DNA of 64,000 nucleotides, from contig CAVUKR010000010.1 of assembly GCA_963742075.1 (NCBI GenBank), positions 24,572 to 88,571 on the forward strand, given 5' to 3'. This stretch comes from an uncultured Chloroflexia bacterium (lineage in GTDB: Bacteria; Chloroflexota; Limnocylindria; Limnocylindrales; CSP1-4). Shown piece by piece: positions 8,650 through 18,752 of this stretch (within the stretch, counting starts at the first letter, position 1; every line of letters starts with the position of its first letter). A program made the position numbers and the translations under genes. The notes beneath the pieces were generated by a model, which saw only the letters and a list, made by a program, of their open reading frames with translations, was not told the origin of the DNA and ran no database searches.

Positions 8650-11600
8650 ATGTTCCGACCCGTCAGCTCGAAGCCCGATCTCGTCGCTCAGGAGTACGCG
8701 ACCCTGGACCTGTGGCGCGAGCGTCGGACCTTCGCCCGGCTGCGCGCCCAGAACGCCGGCGGTCCGAGATGGAGCTTCCTCGACGGGCCGATCACCGCCA
8801 ACAACCCGATGGGCGTCCACCACGCCTGGGGCCGCGCCTACAAGGATCTCTTCCAGCGCTTCCACGCCATGCTCGGAGAGGACGAGCGGTACCAGAACGG
8901 CTTCGACTGCCAGGGTCTGTGGGTCGAGGTCAACGTCGAGCGCGAGCTCGGCTTCACCTCGAAACGTGACATCGAGGCGTTCGGGATCGCCCGTTTCGTC
9001 ACCCTCTGCAAGCAGCGCGTCCTGACGTACGCCGCCCGCCAGACCGAGCAGTCGATCCGGCTCGGGATGTGGATGGACTGGAACGACCCGGACGAGCTGC
9101 GGCGGCTGGGCGAGCTGCTCGGTGCCGACCCGTCGGCCGTGACGACGATCGAGGGCACCGGCGGCCCGGTCACCGACACCGTCGAGATGCTCGTCGGGCG
9201 CCTCGGGATGCCCGACACCGGCGGGAGCTACTTCACGTTCAGCAACGAGAACAACGACCTGATCTGGGGGTTCCTCGCGGAATGCCACAGGCGCGGCTGG
9301 CTGTACAAGGGCCACGACACGATGCCGTGGTGTGCCCGCTGCGGGACCGGGCTGTCGCAGACCGAGATGAACGAGGGCTACCAGGATCGCGACGACCCGG
9401 GCCTGACGGTCAAGTTCCCGCTCCTCGACCGGCCAGGCGAGTCGCTGCTTGTCTGGACGACGACGCCCTGGACGCTGACCTCGAACGTGGCCGCAGCGGT
9501 CGGTCCAGCCGTGCGATACGTCCGCGTCCGGCAGGGCGACGACGTGTACTGGCTCGGCAAGGGAACCCTCAGGACGGCGCTCACCGGCCCCTTCGAGGTG
9601 CTCGACGAGGCCCCCGGCGCCGACCTCGTCGGCTGGCGCTACGCAGGCCCGTTCGACGACCTGGCGGCTGTCCGCCGGGCCTTCGCGGCGGGCACCACCG
9701 ATGCGCCGGACCGGCCGTACGAGCACGTGATCGTGCCGTGGAGCGAGGTCGGGGAAGAGGAGGGGACCGGGATCGTCCACATCGCCCCCGGCTGCGGCGC
9801 CGAGGACTTCCAGCTCGGCAAGGCGCTCGGCCTGCCGGTCGTCGCCCCGCTTGACGAGGCCGGGATCTTCGTCGGCGAGTTCGGGTCTTTGTCCGGGCGC
9901 GACGTGCGCGACGTCGCCGACCCGATCATCGAGCACCTCAAGCGCGAGGGCCGCTTCTACCGGCTCGAGACCATCACCCACCGGTACCCGCATTGCTGGC
10001 GATGCGGGACGCCGCTCGTCTTCCGGCTCGTCGACGAGTGGTTCATCAGCATGGGTCCCCTGTACGACCGGCCGCGCGAGCAGCTGACGCCGGCGGAGGT
10101 CGACGCCAGCCTGCGCTACCAGATCATGGATGTGGTCGACCGGATCCGCTGGATCCCGGACTTCGGCTACGAGCGCGAGCTCGACTGGCTCCGCAACATG
10201 CACGACTGGATGATCAGCAAGAAGCGCTACTGGGGTCTGGCGCTGCCGATCTACGACTGCCCGGCCTGTGGCACGGTCGAGGTCATCGGCGGGCGCGAGG
10301 AGCTCCACCAGCGGGCCGTCTCCGGCTGGGACGAGTTCGAGGGCCACACGCCGCACCGGCCGTACGTGGACGCGGTCCGGATCGCCTGCCCCGGCTGCGG
10401 CGCGACGGTCGAGCGCATCCACGACGTCGGCAATCCATGGCTCGACGCGGGGATCGTCCCGTACTCGACGCTCCACTTCCGCGAGGACCCCGACTTCTGG
10501 CGCGAGTGGTTCCCGGCCACCTTCATCACCGAGAGCTTCCCCGGCCAGTTCCGCAACTGGTTCTACTCGATGCTCGCGATGTCGACCGTCCTCCGCCGCG
10601 AGCCGCCGTTCCTGACGATCTTCGGCTACGCGACGCTGTTCGCCGAGGATGGCCGGCCGATGCACAAGAGCTCGGGCAACGCCATCGAGTTCGACGAGGC
10701 GGCCGACCGGATGGGCGTCGACGTGATGCGCTGGATGTTCGCCAAGGCCCGACCGGAGGAGAACATCCTGTTCGGCTGGCATGCCGCCGACGAGGCGCGG
10801 CGGGAGTTGCTGATCCTGTGGAACGTCTACGCGTTCTTCATCACCTACGCCCGGCTCGCCGGCTGGACCCCCGCCGACGCCGCCCCGCCGCCGGCCGATC
10901 GGCCGGTCCTCGACCGCTGGATCCTGTCGCGGGCCGCCGGGACGGCCGCAGTGGCGGAGGCGCGGCTCGCGGACTACGATGCCCTCGGGGCCACGCGCGC
11001 GATGTCGTCCTACCTCGACGGCCTGTCGACGTGGTACCTGCGCCTCTCGCGTCGACGCTTCTCGCGATCCGACGACCGGACCGACCGGTCGGCGGCGTTC
11101 GCGTCGCTCCATGAAGCGCTGGTCGCGACCGCCCGGATGCTCGCGCCGGTGCTGCCGTTCCTCGCCGAATCGCTCTACGGCAACCTCGTTCCGACGGTCG
11201 TCCCCGACGCCCCCGACAGCGTCCACCTGACGCGCTGGCCGAGCGCCGACCTGGCCGGCCATCGCGACGAGCCGCTCGAGGCGTCGATGGCGGTCGCCCA
11301 GCAGGTCGTCGACCTGGCCCGGACGCTGCGCAGCACGGCCCACCTCAAGACCCGCCAGCCGCTCGCGACGGCCTGGATCGCGCTGCCGGATCGCGGGCTG
11401 GCGATCGGCCCGGATCTCGTCGCCCTCATCGCCGACGAGATCAACGTCAAGCGGGTCGAGGTCATCGCCGACAATTCCTCACTGGTCGAGCGCCGGGTGA
11501 AGCCGCTCCTGCCCAGGATCGGCAAGCGCCTCGGGTCGGCGATCCCGGCGGTCATGGCCGCTGCCCGCGACGGTGACGTCCGCTTCGAGCCGGACGGGTC

Positions 11601-11991
11601 GGTGACGCTGGCGGGGGTCACGCTGGCACCCGATGAGGTCGAGATCCAGGCCACCCCGCGTCCCGGGACCGCGGTCGCGCATCACGACGGGCTGGTCGTC
11701 GTGCTCGACACCTCGCTGACGCCCGAGCTGGTGGCCGAGGGCGACGCGCGCGAGCTGGCGCGGGCCATCCAGGAGCTGCGACGGGAGGCCGGGCTCGAGC
11801 TCGACGACCGGATCGACCTGTGGGTCGGGGCACTCCCCGACGGCGTCGCGGCGCACCTGCCGTCGACGGCGGCGGATACCCTGGCCGTCCTCGCCTCCGG
11901 CGATCCACCCCCAGACGCGGCCAGGGCCGAGGTGGCGCTCGAGGGTCGCCGGGTCGGGATCGCGCTCCGGCGCCGAGCGGCCGGCGAGTGA
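8650..11991 (+). CDS. ileS: Isoleucyl-tRNA synthetase, type 2
   Basis: FLDGPITAN, GVHH (HIGH equivalent), GFDCQGLWVE, VWTTTPWTLTSN, GTGIVHIAPG, DWMISKKRYWG, PMHKS (KMSKS equivalent). Confidence 0.95.
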   Translation: MFRPVSSKPDLVAQEYATLDLWRERRTFARLRAQNAGGPRWSFLDGPITANNPMGVHHAWGRAYKDLFQRFHAMLGEDERYQNGFDCQGLWVEVNVERELGFTSKRDIEAFGIARFVTLCKQRVLTYAARQTEQSIRLGMWMDWNDPDELRRLGELLGADPSAVTTIEGTGGPVTDTVEMLVGRLGMPDTGGSYFTFSNENNDLIWGFLAECHRRGWLYKGHDTMPWCARCGTGLSQTEMNEGYQDRDDPGLTVKFPLLDRPGESLLVWTTTPWTLTSNVAAAVGPAVRYVRVRQGDDVYWLGKGTLRTALTGPFEVLDEAPGADLVGWRYAGPFDDLAAVRRAFAAGTTDAPDRPYEHVIVPWSEVGEEEGTGIVHIAPGCGAEDFQLGKALGLPVVAPLDEAGIFVGEFGSLSGRDVRDVADPIIEHLKREGRFYRLETITHRYPHCWRCGTPLVFRLVDEWFISMGPLYDRPREQLTPAEVDASLRYQIMDVVDRIRWIPDFGYERELDWLRNMHDWMISKKRYWGLALPIYDCPACGTVEVIGGREELHQRAVSGWDEFEGHTPHRPYVDAVRIACPGCGATVERIHDVGNPWLDAGIVPYSTLHFREDPDFWREWFPATFITESFPGQFRNWFYSMLAMSTVLRREPPFLTIFGYATLFAEDGRPMHKSSGNAIEFDEAADRMGVDVMRWMFAKARPEENILFGWHAADEARRELLILWNVYAFFITYARLAGWTPADAAPPPADRPVLDRWILSRAAGTAAVAEARLADYDALGATRAMSSYLDGLSTWYLRLSRRRFSRSDDRTDRSAAFASLHEALVATARMLAPVLPFLAESLYGNLVPTVVPDAPDSVHLTRWPSADLAGHRDEPLEASMAVAQQVVDLARTLRSTAHLKTRQPLATAWIALPDRGLAIGPDLVALIADEINVKRVEVIADNSSLVERRVKPLLPRIGKRLGSAIPAVMAAARDGDVRFEPDGSVTLAGVTLAPDEVEIQATPRPGTAVAHHDGLVVVLDTSLTPELVAEGDARELARAIQELRREAGLELDDRIDLWVGALPDGVAAHLPSTAADTLAVLASGDPPPDAARAEVALEGRRVGIALRRRAAGE

Positions 11992-12539
11992 GCAGACAGC
12001 CGATGGGCGACGCGGGCGGGGCCGCCGACGTCACGATCGCGACTGCCGGCTCGCGCGCGCACTGGTTCGTCTTCGTGGGCATCGCGATCCTGGTCATGAT
12101 CGTCGACCAGCTGGCCAAGGCGTGGCTCGTCGCCAATGTCTCGGCCGGGGAGGTGGTCAACGTCGTCGGCGACTTCGTCCGGCTGATCCTGAGCCAGAAC
12201 TCGGGTGCCCTGTTCGGCCTCTTCGCCGACAACGCCGTGATGTTCGGCATCGCCTCGCTCATCGTGGTCGGGCTGATCGTCGGGTACCACGCCAGGGCGG
12301 GGCGAAGCCTCTACCTGTCGATCGCACTGGGACTGCTGCTCGGGGGCGCGCTCGGCAACCTCATCGACCGCCTGCGGCTGGGCCACGTCATCGACTTCGT
12401 CGACATCGGGATCGGCGGGCTGCGCTTCTACACCTTCAACCTCGCGGATGCCGCGATCAGCACGGCCATCGTGATGCTGATCGGGGCCGCACTCTTCCCG
12501 GCGCTGATCGGCTGGCGGGAGAAGCGCTCCGATGGTTGA
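11988..12539 (+). CDS. lspA: Lipoprotein signal peptidase II
   Basis: DQLAK, NSGALFG, GGALGNLIDR, VIDF, FNLAD; GTGA overlap with ileS stop. Confidence 0.95.
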   Translation: MSRQPMGDAGGAADVTIATAGSRAHWFVFVGIAILVMIVDQLAKAWLVANVSAGEVVNVVGDFVRLILSQNSGALFGLFADNAVMFGIASLIVVGLIVGYHARAGRSLYLSIALGLLLGGALGNLIDRLRLGHVIDFVDIGIGGLRFYTFNLADAAISTAIVMLIGAALFPALIGWREKRSDG

Positions 12540-13482
12540 TCCGGCGTATGCGCCCGGGATCCGCGTCCTGCGGGTGCCCGATGGCCCGGGCGGTCGGGTC
12601 GACCGCTATGTCGCGGACGCCACCGGCCTCTCGCGCAGCTTCGTCCAGAAGCTGATCTCGGACGGGCGGCTGACGACCGGCGGCGAGGCGCTCAAGGCGA
12701 ACACGATCGTGGGGGCCGGCACGGAGCTGCGCCTCGACGTCCCGGAGGCGGTCGCCCTCGACCTGGCGCCCGCGCCCGAGATCCCGCTCCGGATCGTCTA
12801 CGAGGACGACGACCTGCTCATCCTCGACAAGCCGGCCGGGCTGGTCGTCCATCCGTCGCCCGGCCATGCCGGCGGGACGCTCGTCAACGCCCTCCTCGCG
12901 CACGGCGACGGCTCGGCCTGGGGCGGCATCGCGGGCGTCCAGCGCCCGGGGATCGTCCACCGCCTCGACCGCGATACGAGCGGCCTGATCATGGTCGCGC
13001 GTCACGACGCGGCGCAGGCCTCGATCATGGCCCAGCTCAAGGCGAGGCGGGTGAAGAAGACCTACCAGGCGCTCGTCCAGGGGAGCGTGGCGGCCGCGGT
13101 CGGGCGCATCGAGGCGCCGATCGGACGCGACCCGAAGCACCGGACGAAGATGGCCGTCGTCCCCGATGGCCGGCCGTCGGTCACCGGCTACCGCGTCCGC
13201 GAACGGTTCGCCGAGTGGACCTTGCTCGACCTCGACCTGGTGACCGGCCGGACGCACCAGATCCGGGTCCATCTCGAGGCGATCGGGCATCCTGTCGCGG
13301 GCGATCCGGTCTACGGGACCGGGACCTCGCGTCGCGGCCCGGCCGGCCTCGAGCGGCTGTTCCTGCACGCCTGGCGACTCGAGCTGACGTCGCCATCCGA
13401 CGGCCACCTGATCCGTGCCACGGCGCCGCTCCCGCCTGAGCTCGCGTCGGTGCTCGACACGCTCCGCGAGGTGGTCCGGTGA
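12532..13482 (+). CDS. rluD: RluA/RluD-family 23S rRNA pseudouridine synthase with S4 domain
   Basis: DKPAGLVVHP, GIVHRLDRDTSG, TGRTHQIRVH, GDPVYG, LHA. Confidence 0.9.
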   Translation: MVDPAYAPGIRVLRVPDGPGGRVDRYVADATGLSRSFVQKLISDGRLTTGGEALKANTIVGAGTELRLDVPEAVALDLAPAPEIPLRIVYEDDDLLILDKPAGLVVHPSPGHAGGTLVNALLAHGDGSAWGGIAGVQRPGIVHRLDRDTSGLIMVARHDAAQASIMAQLKARRVKKTYQALVQGSVAAAVGRIEAPIGRDPKHRTKMAVVPDGRPSVTGYRVRERFAEWTLLDLDLVTGRTHQIRVHLEAIGHPVAGDPVYGTGTSRRGPAGLERLFLHAWRLELTSPSDGHLIRATAPLPPELASVLDTLREVVR

Positions 13483-14132
13483 CCGACGCCGGGCGGCCGG
13501 AGGCGGGGATGGGCGCCGCCGACGGCGCGATGCTGGTGATCATCTCGGGACCGAGCGGGGTGGGCAAGGACACCATCATCGATGCGCTCAAGGGGCGGGT
13601 CCACGATCCGGAGTACCACTACGTCGTGACCTGCACGACGCGGACCATGCGCCCCGGCGAGGTCGATGGGGTCGACTACCACTTCCTCGACCGCGCGACT
13701 TTCGCCGCCCAGCGAGCCGCCGGCGAGTTCCTCGAGGCGAACAAGGTCCATGGCAACTGGTACGGGACGCCGCGCGGCCAGGTCCGTGGGGCCCTCGCCG
13801 CCGGTCGCGACGTCATCCTGAAGATCGACGTCCAGGGCGCGCAGGTGGTCAAGGAGAAGATCCCGGGCGCGCTCCTGGTCTTCCTGATCCCGCCGTCGCT
13901 CGAGGACCTCTTCCTGCGCCTCCGCAGCCGGGCGACCGAGACCGCCGACGAGCTCGAGCTGCGGCAGCGCAACGCCGCGATCGAGCTGGCTCGCCAGGAG
14001 GACTACGACTACGTGGTCACCAACGAGACCGGGCAGGTCGAGCGGACCGCCGGGCGGATCGACGAGATCATCGCGGAGGAGCACCGACGACACCCGGATC
14101 GGCGGGTCGACGTCTACCCGCGGTCGCCTTGA
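13479..14132 (+). CDS. gmk: Guanylate kinase
   Basis: ISGPSGVGKDT, TTRTMRPGEVDGVDYHF, NWYGTP, IDVQGA. Confidence 0.95.
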   Translation: MTDAGRPEAGMGAADGAMLVIISGPSGVGKDTIIDALKGRVHDPEYHYVVTCTTRTMRPGEVDGVDYHFLDRATFAAQRAAGEFLEANKVHGNWYGTPRGQVRGALAAGRDVILKIDVQGAQVVKEKIPGALLVFLIPPSLEDLFLRLRSRATETADELELRQRNAAIELARQEDYDYVVTNETGQVERTAGRIDEIIAEEHRRHPDRRVDVYPRSP

Positions 14133-16661
14133 CGCTGCCCGATGCGCTCTGGATCGAGGCGCCGGCCGACGAACGCGCCACCGGCGGAGCGGGTCGAGCT
14201 GTCGAGGTCGCCGTCGACGCCGCCGGCGGTGACCGGACGTACACGTATCTCGTCCCGGACCGGCTGCACGACCTCGAGCTCGGCGAGGCCGTCCTGGTCG
14301 AGTTCGGACGGCGCCAGGCGCTGGGCATCGTCCTGGCCGAGGTCGCTGCACTCCCCGCGGCGACGCCCAAGCCGATCGTCGATCGTGTCCGAGCCGACGG
14401 GCCGCTGCTCCCGCCGCTGAGCCTGCGGCTCGCTCGCTGGATCGCGGATCGCTACCTCGCGCCGCCCGCGCTTGTCCTCCGCTCGATGCTCCCGCCGGGG
14501 CTCCTCGAGCGACTCGAGCTGGTCGCGGAGCTCGCACCCGGCGCAGGGAGTGACACGACCGGGGCGAGGCGCGGCACGACTCCGGTGGAGAGTGCGGCCC
14601 CTCCCGATGCCACCGTGGCCGATCTCCTCGCCCAGCTCGAACGCGGGCCGCGCCCGGTCCGCGATCTCGCGGGGCCCGACGGTCGCGCCGGGCTGCTCCG
14701 CAGGCTGCGGACGCTGGAGTCGGAGGGTCGGATCAGCCTCGAGTGGGTGCTGCTCGGCGCCGGCGCCGGCCCGCGCTACGAACGCTGGATCCAGCCGACC
14801 GATGCGGGCCGGGAGATGACCGCGATGCTGGCGTCGGGGCGCCGTCCGGCGGGCCGGCCGCTCGGCCCCCGCCAGGCCGAAGCGCTCGCCGAGCTTGCCG
14901 AGGGACCCTCCGATGGACTCCCGGCGGCCGAGCTCGCGGGTCACCACGGGCACGCCGCGCTGGCCGGCCTCGTCCGACGGGGTCTTGCGGCAGCCGATGT
15001 CCGCGAGCGGCCGCGCCGACCCCTGGCCGCTCGGCCGCCTGGGCTTCGCGGCGCTCGACCGACCGGCAGCGACCTCCTGCCGGCCCAGGTGGATGCGGTC
15101 GAGCGGATCCGGGCCGCGATCGCGGCCCACGCGCCGCGACCGCTCCTGCTCGACGGCGTCACCGGCGGCGGCAAGACCGCCATCTACGTCGAGGCCATCG
15201 CCGCGTCGCTCGAGGCCGGCCGCCCGGCGCTCGTGCTGGTCCCCGAGATCGCGCTCGCGCTGCCGCTCGTCGATCGGCTGCGCGCCGACCTCGACGCCCG
15301 GGTCGCGTTGCTCCACTCGGGGCTCGGCGAGGGCGAGCGGGCGGACGAGTGGCGGCGGATCCGGGCGGGCGACGTGGACATCGTCGTCGGGACGCGGCTC
15401 GCGGTCGTCGCCCCGCTCGCCGACGTCGGACTGATCGTCGTCGATGAGGAACACGACGCGGCCTACAAGAGCGACCGGACCCCGCGGCTCCAGGCGCGCG
15501 ATACGGCCGTCGCGCTCGCGACCCTGGCCGGTGCCGCGATCGTGCTCGGGTCGGCGACGCCCGCCGTCGAGAGCGTCGGCAAGGCGCGGACCGGCGCCTT
15601 CGATCGGGTCGTCCTGCCGGCACGTCCGGCCGGTGCCGCTCCGACGGTCGAGGTCGTCGACCTGCGCGACGAGCTCGCGGCCGGCCGACGCGGCCTGCTG
15701 TCACGCTCGCTCGCAGCCGCCCTCGCCGCCCTTGACACGACGGCGCGGCGAGCAGGCGATCCTCGTCCTCAATCGGCGCGGCACGGCGTCGGTCGTCCTC
15801 TGCCGCGATTGCGGCTCCGTCCAGGCGTGCCCGGATTGCGAACGACCGCTCGTCTACCACCAGGCAGGCACCACGCTCCGCTGCCACCACTGCGGCCGGG
15901 CGACGCCGCTCGCCTCGCGCTGCCCGTCATGCGGATCGCCGCGGATCCGGTACCTCGGCGGTGGGACCGAGCGGGTCGAGCGCGAGGTCCGCGAGGCGTT
16001 CCCGCACCTGCGCGTCGCTCGGCTCGACCGCGACGTCGTCGAGCATCGCGGCGCCGCGGAGCGGGTGGTCGACGCGTTCGCCGGTGGATCGACCGACGTC
16101 CTCGTCGGGACGAGCCTCGTCGCCAAGGGCCTGGACATCCCGGCCGTGACGCTGGTCGGCGTGGTCTCGTCGGACATCGCGCTCAACCTGCCTGACGAGC
16201 GAGCGGCCGAGCGCACCTACCAGCTCCTCGTCCAGGCGATCGGCCGGGCCGGGCGTGGCGCGCGCCCGGGGCATGCGATCGTCCAGACCTATCAGCCGGA
16301 CCATCCCGCGATCACGGCGGCGGCGAGCGGCGACCGGACCGCCTTCTACGACGCGGAGCTCGCCCTGCGCGAGCGCTTCGGGTCGCCGCCGTTCGGGCGG
16401 CTCGTCAAGCTGATGGTCGGGCTGGCCGATCCGGCTGCCGCCGAACGCGAGGCGCACGCGATGGCCGACAGGCTTCGCGACCGCGCCACGGAACGGGGTG
16501 CCGCGGTGACCGTGGTCGGGCCGGCCCCGGCCTACATCGCCCGGCGCGCCGACCGCTGGCGCTGGAACGTCGTCCTGCGCGGCGCCGACCCGGCCGCGCT
16601 GCTCGATGGCGGGGTCGACGCTCCGTGGTCCGTCGACGTGGATCCCGAGTCCCTGCTGTGA
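14129..16661 (+). CDS. priA: Primosomal protein N' (one frameshift near 15745)
   Basis: LLDGVTGGGKT, VPEIAL, DEEHD, GSATP; after the frame change EQAILVLNRRG, four CxxC pairs, KGLD, QAIGRAGR. Confidence 0.92.
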
Positions 16662-16755
16662 GCGATGGTGGTCGACGGGCGGGACCAACGGCAGATGCCG
16701 GCCGGGCCGGTTCGTGCGACGATGGGCGCCACAGACCACCGAGGAGCACCTGACG

Positions 16756-17253
16756 ATGACCGAGCCGCTCGACCCGAACAGCACCCACGAACCGACCCCC
16801 GACGAGACCTTCACCTGGACCGGCGATCCGGGCGCCGGTTCCGGCTCGGCCGGCGCCGCCCCAGGCGCTTCCGGCGCGGGAGGACCGACGGTCGGCGCCG
16901 CGACCGCGATCCTCGATTCGATCCGCGAGGCGATCGACGACCTGGCCGAGCGCGCCACGCCGACCGTCCGCGAGTTCTCGGCCCGGGCGGCCGAATTCGC
17001 GGCGGAGACCGCCGATCGTGCCGCGCCGCTCGCCAAGCGTGCCGGTGAAGTCACCTCGGACGCGAGCGGCAAGCTGGCCGAACGATCGCGCTCGTGGGCC
17101 TCGGAGTTGCGCGCGTCGCTGGCTGCGACCGACGCCGGAGCGCCGCTGCATGAAGCGCCGGCGCCCGATGCCGGCTCCCCGGCGCCCGCGGAGGTCCCGC
17201 CGGCCGCGCCCGACGCCGGGTCACGCCCGTCCGACGACGCGACCCCGAGCTGA
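16756..17253 (+). CDS. Hypothetical protein: central amphipathic helical region flanked by acidic Pro-rich disordered arms
   Basis: SD GAGGAG at 16741-16746; GC3-rich codon usage; fills the priA-def gap. Confidence 0.75.
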   Translation: MTEPLDPNSTHEPTPDETFTWTGDPGAGSGSAGAAPGASGAGGPTVGAATAILDSIREAIDDLAERATPTVREFSARAAEFAAETADRAAPLAKRAGEVTSDASGKLAERSRSWASELRASLAATDAGAPLHEAPAPDAGSPAPAEVPPAAPDAGSRPSDDATPS

Positions 17254-17277
17254 GCGGGCCACTCCTATACTTCGCCG

Positions 17278-17793
17278 ATGAGCGTCCGCCCCATCGTCCT
17301 GCTCGGCGACCCGCGCCTCCGGCTCAAGGGGAAGCCCGTCGACAGCTTCGGGAAGTACCTGCACGGGCTCCTCGACGACCTTGCTCACACGATGCGCGAC
17401 GCGCCGGGCGTCGGCCTCGCCGCGCCACAGCTCGGCGAGGCCATGCAGGCGTGCGTCATCGAGGTCGAGAGCCAGCTCTACGAGCTGGTCAACCCGCGGA
17501 TCGTGCGCTCGTCGGGCGATGACCGCGACCTCGAGGGCTGCCTGTCCATCCCGGGCTACGTCGCCTACGTCACGCGCCGGGAGCGCGTCTGGGTCGTCGC
17601 ACAGGACCGCCACGGCAAGAAGATCAAGGTGGCGGGGTCCGGGCTCCTCGGGCGGGCGCTCCAGCACGAGCTCGACCATCTCGAGGGCAAGCTCTACATC
17701 GACTATCTCGACTCGATGGACGAGCTGATGGCGGTCGGCGAGGGCAACGAGGACGACGCCGACGTCCGCGAGGCGACGAGCGCCCTCGCGTGA
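17278..17793 (+). CDS. def: Peptide deformylase
   Basis: GVGLAAPQLG, EGCLS, QHELDHLEG. Confidence 0.97.
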   Translation: MSVRPIVLLGDPRLRLKGKPVDSFGKYLHGLLDDLAHTMRDAPGVGLAAPQLGEAMQACVIEVESQLYELVNPRIVRSSGDDRDLEGCLSIPGYVAYVTRRERVWVVAQDRHGKKIKVAGSGLLGRALQHELDHLEGKLYIDYLDSMDELMAVGEGNEDDADVREATSALA

Positions 17794-18752
17794 CCGGGCG
17801 GCGGGCCGACGGCTCGCGCGTGCGGACCGTCTTCATCGGCAGCGGGGGGTTCGGCGTCCCGGCGCTGCATGCCCTGGCCGCAGACCCGTCCGTCGACCTC
17901 GTCGGCGTCGTGACCGCTCCGCCACGCCCCGCCGGGCGACGGCTCGAGCCGGCGCGGACGCCGATCGCGGATGCCTCGGCGGCACTCGGGATCGGTCCGG
18001 TCATGACCCCGATGCGCCTGCGCGACCCTGCGGCGATCGCGGCGGTGGTCGCGCTTGACCCCACGCTGATCGTCCTCGCCGACTATGGCCGGATCGTCCC
18101 GCCGGCGCTGCTCGGGCTGCCACACGGCGCCCTCAACCTCCATCCGTCGCTCCTGCCGCGGCATCGCGGAGCGACGCCGGTCCCGACCACGATCCTCGCC
18201 GGCGACGAGGCGACCGGTGTGAGCTTGATCCTGATGGATGAGGGCATCGACACGGGCCCGCTCGTGGCACAGGCGCGGACCGATGTCGGCCACGACGAGA
18301 CCGCGCCCGAGCTCGAGGCGCGCCTCGCGGACCTCGCGGCATCGCTGCTGACCGCCTCGCTCGGCCCGTGGCTTCGGGGGGAGAGCCCGGCCGAGCCGCA
18401 ACCCAATGCCGGCGCCACGCTGACCAAGCCCCTCCGGCGCGGGGACGGCCGACTCGACCCGTCGCGGTCCGCTGCCGAGCTCGAACGGCAGGTCCGCGCC
18501 TACCAGCCGTGGCCCGGGTCCTTCGTCGAGACACCACGCGGTCGGCTGACCGTGTGGCGCGCCGTGGTCGGTCCGGGCGAACACGAGCCGGCCGGGCGAT
18601 TCGGGCCACGCGGGCTGGCGACGCGCGACGGGACGCTCGTGCTCCACGAAGTCCAGCCGGCGAGCGGCCGGCGGATGCCCTGGGTCGAGTACCTGCGCGG
18701 ACGGGGCGCGATCCTCGGCAGCGACGTGCTGGAGCCGACACGTGGGGCCTGA
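17790..18752 (+). CDS. fmt: Methionyl-tRNA formyltransferase
   Basis: VVTAPPRPAGR, ADYGRI, NLHPSLLPRHRGATP, RAYQPWPG. Confidence 0.95.
   Translation: MTGRRADGSRVRTVFIGSGGFGVPALHALAADPSVDLVGVVTAPPRPAGRRLEPARTPIADASAALGIGPVMTPMRLRDPAAIAAVVALDPTLIVLADYGRIVPPALLGLPHGALNLHPSLLPRHRGATPVPTTILAGDEATGVSLILMDEGIDTGPLVAQARTDVGHDETAPELEARLADLAASLLTASLGPWLRGESPAEPQPNAGATLTKPLRRGDGRLDPSRSAAELERQVRAYQPWPGSFVETPRGRLTVWRAVVGPGEHEPAGRFGPRGLATRDGTLVLHEVQPASGRRMPWVEYLRGRGAILGSDVLEPTRGA

Noticed and set aside
15730-15760. Frameshift in priA as programmed frameshifting or pseudogenisation
   Set aside because: Both halves are fully conserved, there is no slippery heptamer, and similar single-base breaks occur in essential genes; an assembly error is most likely.
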